Of a stretch of DNA of 64,000 nucleotides, positions 57,129 through 64,000 are shown one piece after another. The translations under genes were made by a program, and so were the position numbers. The DNA is from Verrucomicrobiales bacterium (GTDB taxonomy: Bacteria > Verrucomicrobiota > Verrucomicrobiia > Verrucomicrobiales > SLCJ01): NCBI GenBank assembly GCA_046075565.1, contig JBJTQJ010000031.1, positions 29,493-93,492 of the forward strand, written 5' to 3'. Position 1 is the stretch's first letter, and the number at the start of each line of letters is the position of its first letter. The notes beneath the pieces are model-generated. The model worked only from the letters and a program-made list of their open reading frames with translations, was not told the DNA's origin and searched no databases.

Positions 57129-57596
57129 TTACCAACCCAGGATCCTCGCGATGGCGGTGCGGAGGGCGGTTTCGAGGATGGCCGCTTCGGCGTGGGTCAC
57201 AGGAATGGACACCTTTTTCACCGATTGGTCGGCAGCCTCCTGACGGGAGATAGTCATGAACCAAGGGGCGCGTTCGGGATCATCGCGGCGCGTCAGCTCG
57301 AAGCTGCTGTTCGCCTTCTCGGACTGATGGAAAAGTTTGGCCTGGGTCTGGCGGCCTTGCAGGGTGGCGAGCACCGGACCGAGGTCGGCCAGCGTCCACT
57401 TCATGGTGATCTTGTTTTCCCAGTCGAATTGTTTCTCCCCGGATTGCAGCGCGGCATCGAGGAAAAGCGACTTCTTCGCCCGGTTGATGCCGAAGCGAAT
57501 GACCCCGCCTTTGCCGCGGGAATTCGGTTTGTAGATGGCGTATTCCGGCTGGCGTTCGGTCGCGCGGGCAAATGGCTCGAGATTGGCGTCTTTCAT
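57129..57596 (-). CDS. Whirly-like putative ssDNA-binding protein
   Basis: YAIYK, GEKQFDWENK, KLFH and IPVTHAEAAIL...ILGW, collinear with plant Whirly domain motifs. Confidence 0.75.
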   Translation of the reverse strand: MKDANLEPFARATERQPEYAIYKPNSRGKGGVIRFGINRAKKSLFLDAALQSGEKQFDWENKITMKWTLADLGPVLATLQGRQTQAKLFHQSEKANSSFELTRRDDPERAPWFMTISRQEAADQSVKKVSIPVTHAEAAILETALRTAIARILGW

Positions 57597-57702
57597 GGTG
57601 TTCTGATGATTTATTGTTACAATGAACACATTAAAAGCCAAAAAGCCGGCTGCGGTCAACAAAAATTTCGTGCACCAGATCACATTTTCCGCCGGCCCAC
57701 CC

Positions 57703-59685
57703 TCAAGCGAGGGCGCGGGCGGCGGCGGCGACATTGGCGGCGGTCATGCCGAGGTCGGCCATGACGGTGTCGCCAGGGGCGCTCTTGCCGAAGCGGTCGA
57801 TGGCGACGACGGCTCCTTGCAGGCCGACGTATTTCCACCAGAGCGCGCTCACCCCGGCTTCCACGGCGACCCGGCGGGTGCAGGCGGCGGGGAGGATGCT
57901 CTCCTTGTAATCGGCGGCCTGGCGGTCGAAGCGCTCCATCGACGGCATGGAAACCACGCGGGTGCCCGGTCCGAGGTCGGCGGTGGCCTTGAGGGCGTGC
58001 TGGAGTTCCGAGCCGGTCCCGATGAGAATGGTTTCCAGCGCGGCGGTCTCTTTTTTCACGATATAGGCCCCGCGAAGTGTGCCCTCGCGGCGTTCGCGGG
58101 CGGTCATTCCCGGGATAGCAGGCACCTTCTGGCGCGAAAGCAACAAGACGGTCGGTCGGTTGGTATTGGAGATGGCGGCGGCGAAAGCCCCGGCGGTTTC
58201 TTCCTGATCGGCCGGGCGGATGACATCGAGTCCGGGAATGACCCGGAGGCCCGAGCAGGTTTCCACTGGCTGGTGGGTGGGGCCGTCTTCGCCGACCCCG
58301 ACCGAGTCGTGGGTGAAAATGTAGGTCACCGGCAGGTGGGACAGGGCGGCGAGGCGGATGCTCGGGCGGAGGTAGTCGGCAAAAACCGCGAAGGTCGCCC
58401 CGCTGGCCCGGAAGAGTCCGTCGTAGGCAAAGCCGTTCAGCATGGCGCCCATGGCGTGTTCCCGAATCCCGAACCAGATATTGCGACCTGTCGGTTTGTT
58501 GGCGCTGTAGTCGCCCTCGCCCTTGATGTAGTTTTTGGTGGATCCGAAAAGGTCGGCGGAACCGGTAACAAAATGCGGCACCATTTTGGCCACATGCTGG
58601 ATCACGTCACCACCGGCGGACCGGGTGGCATCGGCGTAGTCGGGGGCGAATTCGGGGATTTCCCCGATCATGTCGGTGGGCACCACACCGGCCACGGCTT
58701 CGACGAGCTGTTGGGCGAGGCCGGGGTTGGCGGCCGCCCAGGCCTTGTGGGTTTGCTGCCACGCGGCATGGGCTTTGGCCAGTTCGGCGGCATGGGCGGC
58801 GAAGGCCGCGCGCACTTCCGGCGAAACATAGAAGTGTTCCTCCGGCAGCCCGAGGCCGGCGCGGGCGGTGGCGGAGAATTTCGCCCCGCCTTCGCCGTGG
58901 GCTTTGGCCGTGCCGGCCACTTCCGGAATGCCACGCCCGATTTCCGTGCGGGCGATGATCAGTTTCGGTTTGCCGTTGTCGCTCGCTTTCGCGGACACGA
59001 GGGCGGATTCCAAGGCGGCGAAATCGTGACCATCCACGGTTTTCACCTCCCATCCGAGGGCGGAATAGACGGCGGCCGTGTCTTCGGATTGGGTGACCTC
59101 GGCCATGGCGTCGAGGGTGACGTCGTTGGAGTCGTAAATCAGGATCAGATTGTCGAGGGCGGCGTGGGCGGCGAAAGCGACGGCCTCGCGGGCCACCCCT
59201 TCTTGCAAACATCCGTCACCGGCCAGGGCGAAAATGTGCTGGTCGAAAATGACGTGCTCGGCGGTGTTGTAACGGGCGGCGGCCATTTTCGCGGAAAGCG
59301 CGTAGCCGACGGCATTGCCCACGCCTTGGCCGAGCGGACCGGTGGTGGCTTCCACGCCGGCGGTCATGAAATTCTCCGGGTGACCGGGGGTGATCGAACC
59401 GTTTTTGCGGAAGGCCTTCACATCCTCGAGTGAAACCGCATAGCCGGAAAGGTGCAGCCAGGCATAAAGGAACATCGACCCGTGGCCGGCGGACAGGATA
59501 AAGCGGTCGCGGTTCAACCATTTCGGGGCGGTGGGGTCGTAGCGGAGCACCTTTCCGAAAAGCACCGCTCCCACTTCGGCGCAGCCGAGCGGAAGCCCGA
59601 GGTGACCGGAAGAGCAGGCGTGGACGGCATCAATGGCCAGGCCCCGGGCCTGGTTGGCGGCTTGTTGAAGAAGATTCGTTTCCAT
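57703..59685 (-). CDS. tkt: Transketolase
   Basis: [54 protein letters not shown]. Confidence 0.97.
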   Translation of the reverse strand: METNLLQQAANQARGLAIDAVHACSSGHLGLPLGCAEVGAVLFGKVLRYDPTAPKWLNRDRFILSAGHGSMFLYAWLHLSGYAVSLEDVKAFRKNGSITPGHPENFMTAGVEATTGPLGQGVGNAVGYALSAKMAAARYNTAEHVIFDQHIFALAGDGCLQEGVAREAVAFAAHAALDNLILIYDSNDVTLDAMAEVTQSEDTAAVYSALGWEVKTVDGHDFAALESALVSAKASDNGKPKLIIARTEIGRGIPEVAGTAKAHGEGGAKFSATARAGLGLPEEHFYVSPEVRAAFAAHAAELAKAHAAWQQTHKAWAAANPGLAQQLVEAVAGVVPTDMIGEIPEFAPDYADATRSAGGDVIQHVAKMVPHFVTGSADLFGSTKNYIKGEGDYSANKPTGRNIWFGIREHAMGAMLNGFAYDGLFRASGATFAVFADYLRPSIRLAALSHLPVTYIFTHDSVGVGEDGPTHQPVETCSGLRVIPGLDVIRPADQEETAGAFAAAISNTNRPTVLLLSRQKVPAIPGMTARERREGTLRGAYIVKKETAALETILIGTGSELQHALKATADLGPGTRVVSMPSMERFDRQAADYKESILPAACTRRVAVEAGVSALWWKYVGLQGAVVAIDRFGKSAPGDTVMADLGMTAANVAAAARALA

Positions 59686-59810
59686 GGGTGAATATCGCGT
59701 CTTTGGCGGAAGGAAGTTAGACAAAGTGCGCTGTCCTGCAACCAACATCGTCCATCGGAAAGACAATCCCGTCACCGCCCCGCCGGATTCTCATGCTTTG
59801 GAACTTCTCC

Positions 59811-59838
59811 TTGCAATTTTCACTCTCCCGCCTACTTT
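59811..59838 (+). promoter_or_regulatory. Putative sigma70 promoter for tRNA-Gln
   Basis: TTGCAA-N16-TACTTT followed by a GC-rich discriminator. Confidence 0.5.
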
Positions 59839-59853
59839 GCCCACCCGCACAAC

Positions 59854-59928
59854 TGCCCGGTGGTGTAATTGGCAACACAGCAGATTTTGGTTCTGTTATT
59901 TCAGGTTCGAGTCCTGGCCGGGTAGCCA
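59854..59928 (+). tRNA. tRNA-Gln (anticodon TTG)
   Basis: Acceptor TGCCCGG/CCGGGTA, anticodon arm GCAGA-TTTTGGT-TCTGT, T-loop GGTTCGAGTCC, encoded CCA. Confidence 0.96.
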
Positions 59929-60234
59929 GATTTTTTGATGATTGGGGGCCGACATTGCCTCCGAGGGAGGTTTACCGCGCTCGTCCACCTATGGTCAGCT
60001 TCCCGCGTCTTCCTCTTCCCCATCCTCTCCCGTCTCATCGAGAACTTCACCCGGACCGACGGTCACTGAATCCACGCCCCCCAACTTGCTCCAGATGCTC
60101 CGCCTGCGCCTCCGGAGTGTCCAGTTCTTTCGTCTCGCTCATCCTCTAGAGGATCACCGCGAGGCGGGCGTCATCAAAACGAGGCACCCATCCAGAGACC
60201 AGGCCGGTTCATTTTTCGGACGGCGCAGGGCAAG

Positions 60235-60810
60235 TTAAAGTTCGCTGAGCACTGATACCAGCAGGGCGCAGGTGCGGGAGAGTCCTTGGGTTCGCAGGGT
60301 CGCGAGATATTCGGTGGCCGTGCGCGGGGGCTGTTTCAAGCTGAGGCGTGCCTCGCGAAGGATAGCGATCAACTTATCACGGTGGCTTTCGAGTAGTGCT
60401 GCGAGCAAATCGTCCGGGGTGATCGCACTGAGGCCGTGAATGGTGAGCTCGGCATTGGGGAAGTCCCTGAGGTTCCACGTTAGGATCATGTTCGCCTTCG
60501 CCTCGATTGCGGCGGCAAGCACGTGGCGGTCATCCCTATCGGGCAAACGAAGGTTTTTGATCCTCTTCTCATAACCCGTCACGAGGCACCCCTCGGCATG
60601 AAGGTCCATCAGTTCCCGCGTCCGTTGGAGACGCTCGCTGGACAGGTCCGGTCGATCACGGAGCACCGCCTCGATCCACTCGTTGTGGATGGCACGCGTC
60701 CAGCGGGCACGGATCATGCCGTGCAGGGAGAGTCTCATCAACACATCCCTCAATGCCGCCGGGTAAAGCGTGCAGGCATCGAGGATGACAATGGGCGGAC
60801 CATGTGGCAT
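60235..60810 (-). CDS. PIN domain protein (putative toxin)
   Basis: VILDACTLYP..LRD, LPDRDDRHVLAAAI, ILTWNLRDFP. Confidence 0.9.
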   Translation of the reverse strand: MPHGPPIVILDACTLYPAALRDVLMRLSLHGMIRARWTRAIHNEWIEAVLRDRPDLSSERLQRTRELMDLHAEGCLVTGYEKRIKNLRLPDRDDRHVLAAAIEAKANMILTWNLRDFPNAELTIHGLSAITPDDLLAALLESHRDKLIAILREARLSLKQPPRTATEYLATLRTQGLSRTCALLVSVLSEL

Positions 60811-61238
60811 CAGTAACCGAGTTGGAGTCGCTGGCCCTCCGCGGCAAGTTCGTCGAGCGCCTTTTTCCTGGCGGCGTGCTGGCACTCCCGGTAAGCTACC
60901 ACATCCTTCACGAAGGCCCGGCGATGGGTGCCCACCCGGCGGCTGGGGATTTGCCCCTCGTCAAACAACCGGGCGGCAAACGGCCGGGAAACACCCAGCA
61001 TCTCTGCTGCTTCCCGTGGCGAAATCTCTTCCTCGCCACTCATCACCGTAACGGAGCGTCCTTCGGCGAGATGCTCCACCAACTCGGTGACAAGCCCAAG
61101 TGCTGGCTTCGGCAGGGAAAGAGGCCTTTTGCCCACCGTGATCGTCGCGGCGGTGGAGCCGTGCAATGCCTCCAGCAGGCTACGTAGCGCTCCCCGATCA
61201 CTAGGGCTGAGGCGGGATGGTTCAAGTGTTATGCTCAT
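60810..61238 (-). CDS. Excisionase-like helix-turn-helix protein (putative antitoxin)
   Basis: EISPREAAEMLGVSRP..LFDEGQIP..RVGTHRR; overlaps the PIN gene start. Confidence 0.9.
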   Translation of the reverse strand: MSITLEPSRLSPSDRGALRSLLEALHGSTAATITVGKRPLSLPKPALGLVTELVEHLAEGRSVTVMSGEEEISPREAAEMLGVSRPFAARLFDEGQIPSRRVGTHRRAFVKDVVAYRECQHAARKKALDELAAEGQRLQLGY

Positions 61239-61575
61239 GGTAGGCCAACTTACCCCTTATCTGCAATATCCGCAACAAATGAAATAAATGATTCTTATCC
61301 CCTGACCCCTGGCACCTGATCTCGCGTCTTTTCCGGGACCATTTTCGCGGATATCGTAAAATGGTCCGGACTATTCCGAGGTCCGCGTTCAGAAAGTAAG
61401 AATTTTTCCGGTCTTGCGTCTGGTGTCTTTGAGCGAAGCGGTCTTGCATCTTTTCCCCGTGCCCACCGCCGACGGCCTTTCTGTCCGCAAAGAATGGGCC
61501 AAGGAAGGACACGATTCCTGCACCAGAACAAAAATGAGAATTCGCCTTCGACCTTTTCGGTGCTATCTTTGCCCC

Positions 61576-61791
61576 ATGACTGAGTTGGAGAAACTGCGCT
61601 CGCTTCCTGTGGCCGAAAGGCTGGAGTTGGTGGAAGACCTCTGGGACTCAATCGCCGGGGAATCAAATTCCGTCGGGCTGTCCGCCGCACACCTCGCCGA
61701 ACTCGACCGGAGACTTGATCGCATTGAAGAATCTCCGTCGGAGGGCACATCTTGGACTACCCTCAGGGAGAGAATTCTGGCCTCACTCTGA
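61576..61791 (+). CDS. Putative addiction module antitoxin (TIGR02574-like)
   Basis: LPVAERLELVEDLWDSI..ELDRRL..SW. Confidence 0.88.
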   Translation: MTELEKLRSLPVAERLELVEDLWDSIAGESNSVGLSAAHLAELDRRLDRIEESPSEGTSWTTLRERILASL

Positions 61792-61794
61792 CCC

Positions 61795-61818
61795 ATGCCC
61801 GTCATTCTTCGGCCGGAA
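61795..61818 (+). pseudogene. N-terminal stub of a RelE/ParE toxin
   Basis: ATG 3 nt after the antitoxin stop reading MPVILRPE, then running into a REP palindrome. Confidence 0.45.
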
Positions 61819-62090
61819 CCCCGTTGGGGTTCACGAGCAAGGTGCCTTGCCATCGCGGACGCAAGATTTCGAAATGAGGGTTGACCCGTTATTCGATTGC
61901 CGTCAATCACAAACGGATTGCGCCAAAATCTGTGCCAATGACCAACAATTCTTGTCTTCCCCAATCCCAACGGGATTGTTCCCCAAAGCCCGGGGTTGTC
62001 CCGCCACGCGGGGCTACCCCGGGATCCGAATAAAAGAAGATGAAAACCCTGCAAGGGTTTTGTCTCATGGCGACGAAGCAGAACCCCTTT
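61816..62090. repeat. Cluster of REP-like palindromes
   Basis: GAACCCCGTTGGGGTTC, CAATCCCAACGGGATTG, CCCGGGGT..ACCCCGGG, AAAACCCTGCAAGGGTTTT. Confidence 0.7.
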
Positions 62091-62192
62091 AGCGCCGATA
62101 GCTAACCGGTAGCTCCGGGAACAATGCTACTTTCAGACCGGTGAAGGAAGGCGAGCGCTTGCCAATTGCCCTTTCTAAGGGTAGGCTGGGTC

Positions 62193-62447
62193 ATGCCGAT
62201 CACTCTGCAAGTGTCTGATGCCATCCAGCAGGCCTTACGCGTTCCCGAGCCGGAACGACAGTCCCGGCTGATGGTTGAGCTTGCTTGCGCCCTTTACCAG
62301 CGCGAAATCCTTACCTTCGGGAAGGCATCAGAACTCGCGGAATTGAGCCAGTTCCGATTCGGACAAGCCCTGGCCGAACGGTCAATCGCCAGACACTATT
62401 CTGATGCCGATTTAGATGAGGATCTGGCCTATGCCGGCGGTCAGTAA
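62193..62447 (+). CDS. UPF0175 family protein (putative antitoxin)
   Basis: ELACALYQREILTFGKASELA..HYSDADLDEDL. Confidence 0.88.
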   Translation: MPITLQVSDAIQQALRVPEPERQSRLMVELACALYQREILTFGKASELAELSQFRFGQALAERSIARHYSDADLDEDLAYAGGQ

Positions 62448-62925
62448 TACCTCCCCCATCAGCAATCTCGCCATGATTGGCAGATTGCAGATCCTTCGGG
62501 GTCAATTGGAAACCGTAGTGATTCCCAATGCGGTCTTTTTGGAACTTGAACGGATTGAGAACTTGAAAGCCAAGGAGGCAATCGCCTCCGCCTTGGCCGA
62601 TGGTTGGCTCCAAGTTAAAGCACTCGAGGATCAAACGCTCGTGAATGTGCTTTGCACCTCCCTTGATGCAGGCGAGTCCGAGGCGATCGCTTTGGCCAGA
62701 ACGATGGGCGCGAATCTCTTGGTCATGGACGAGTCAGCCGGTCGGGCCATGGCACGAAGCCTCGGATTGCAGGTGACCGGAACACTCGGTGTCCTCCTGA
62801 AAGCCAAACGTGCCGGTCATTTGCCTTCACTCGGGGATGAAATTGACCGGCTGGTTGGTGACGCCGGATTTTTTGTGTCGGCACGAGTCCGTCAATTCTT
62901 CATCGAGGCGGCGGGTGAAGCCTGA
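62431..62925 (+). CDS. DUF3368 / PIN-like protein (putative toxin)
   Basis: VSNTSPI, LDAGESEAIALA, MDE..GR..A, VTGTLGVLLKAK. Confidence 0.9.
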   Translation: MPAVSNTSPISNLAMIGRLQILRGQLETVVIPNAVFLELERIENLKAKEAIASALADGWLQVKALEDQTLVNVLCTSLDAGESEAIALARTMGANLLVMDESAGRAMARSLGLQVTGTLGVLLKAKRAGHLPSLGDEIDRLVGDAGFFVSARVRQFFIEAAGEA

Positions 62926-63161
62926 GGGCGCGCCAAGTTCCCGGGCGTCTGGGAATCCGTCCTCAGCGCGAGCTTACCACCTGCCCGCAGTAATTATCAA
63001 TCATGCGATCATCCAGCTTCACCCGCTTCAGCGGCCAGGCTTTTCCATCGGAATCAAGAAACAATGGCATGGGAAATCTCGGGTTCGGCTTTCACCGGAT
63101 GTTCAACTCCCGCCATTCATTCGGCAAGCCGAAAATGGGCGAACCAACGGCTCCGGGAAGG

Positions 63162-63268
63162 GATTGACGATTAACGATTGATGATTGATGATTGATGATG
63201 TCGGATTTTTGAAGTGATCGGAACCCGATTTCCTCAAATCAAAAATCAACACTCGGCAATCGTCAATC
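63162..63268. repeat. Inverted heptamer tandem-repeat element
   Basis: GATTGAC GATTAAC GATTGAT GATTGAT GATTGAT ... AATCAAA AATCAAC ... AATCGTCAATC. Confidence 0.7.
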
Positions 63269-63398
63269 AAACGCCGGGCTTGGACGGGCGCATGCTCAAG
63301 TCGTGTCTCTCCCCCCTGCTTGCCCCGGCATAGCCTTCAGGCGACGCCGGGCCCTTTTCCCCTTGCTGCCCTGCCCGAGCACATGCTAAATACCATTC

Positions 63399-64000
63399 AT
63401 GCGCAGCATCGACGATGCCATCGAGTGGATCTACGGACTCCATGTCGGCGTTGTTGGCCAAGGACCGTCCCGCCACGAGAAACCGCACAAGCCTGTCCTG
63501 CTCCTCGCCGCGATCGACCTTATCGCCACCGGCCAGGCCACCCCCGACCGCATCCTGTGGTCACAGGCGCTCCGGCAACGATTCACCAGCTACTTCGAAA
63601 TTGTCCGCACGGCGCTGGATCAAAACACACCGGAAAACCCCTTCCGGCGTCTGCGCACCGATGGCCAGTGGAACGCGGTGGAAATCATCGACGGGCGCAC
63701 CATTGCCCTCACTCGCGACCCGCTCGTCGGTGACTGCGATTCCGGGAAAGTTTTCACTTCGCTCACCGACGGCCTCGATCGATTTGTCATCACGCCAAAC
63801 GATCGCCTCATCCTGCGCCAACACATCATCAGCCGGTATTTCCCGGTCCACCGGGCCGCCCTCGAAGCGCAATTTCAGGAAGGAGCACCACTGCCGAGAG
63901 TGGCCGAGGAACCGGATTCCGACTACGAGGCCCGGCCCGGCCGCAGTTCCGCCTTCCGGAAAAAGATCCTCGAGATCTACGACTGCCAATGCGCCGCCTG
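63399..64000 (+). CDS. SBD-HNH type restriction endonuclease (partial, runs off the window)
   Basis: Translated from ATG 63399: KPHKPVLLLAAIDLI, NPFRRLRTDG.W, RSSAFRKKILEIYDCQCAA (start of the HNH Cys cluster). Confidence 0.8.
   Translation, partial: MRSIDDAIEWIYGLHVGVVGQGPSRHEKPHKPVLLLAAIDLIATGQATPDRILWSQALRQRFTSYFEIVRTALDQNTPENPFRRLRTDGQWNAVEIIDGRTIALTRDPLVGDCDSGKVFTSLTDGLDRFVITPNDRLILRQHIISRYFPVHRAALEAQFQEGAPLPRVAEEPDSDYEARPGRSSAFRKKILEIYDCQCAA

Noticed and set aside
57622-59433. Long plus-strand ORF opposite tkt (likewise 47005-48654, 6339-8024 and 25797-27209)
   Set aside because: Antisense shadow ORFs of well-supported genes, expected from high-GC codon bias.
60047-60142. 31-codon minus-strand ORF after the PIN gene (MSETKELDT...)
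   Set aside because: Too short, with no recognisable motif; possibly a gene remnant.
60810-61238. Prophage excisionase
   Set aside because: Coupled to a PIN gene as a TA-like pair, with no integrase or phage genes in the window.
61816-62090. CRISPR array or integron attC sites among the palindromes
   Set aside because: No regularly spaced identical repeats, no cas or integrase genes, and no clear attC core sites.

Overview
GC-rich bacterial chromosome segment, most likely Verrucomicrobiota or another PVC lineage (inferred from DUF1501/DUF1549/DUF1553 genes, a TIGR03790 protein, HIS6-type hisA and PVC-style palindromic repeats). Housekeeping genes include cls, miaA, thiD, accD, folC, hisA, recN, nspC, kup, pnp, rpsO, rpoN, tkt and tRNA-Gln(TTG). 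Main points of interest: (1) an ~18 kb, largely translationally coupled 10-gene minus-strand operon (13004-30898) joining a cytochrome c DUF1549/DUF1553 gene and a Tat-type DUF1501 gene to three TPR proteins (one of 2353 aa), an ExbB/ExbD/ExbD proton motor and a membrane-anchored DUF4159 protein, with no recognisable TonB or TonB-dependent receptor; (2) a 155-aa protein downstream of tkt that matches plant Whirly ssDNA-binding proteins motif by motif; (3) a ~240-nt structured intergenic RNA candidate upstream of thiD; (4) a toxin-antitoxin/defence cluster after tRNA-Gln, ending in a partial SBD-HNH nuclease; (5) many REP/REPIN-like palindromes, some nested and some at gene truncation points. 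All calls are by-eye motif recognition; no database searches were run.
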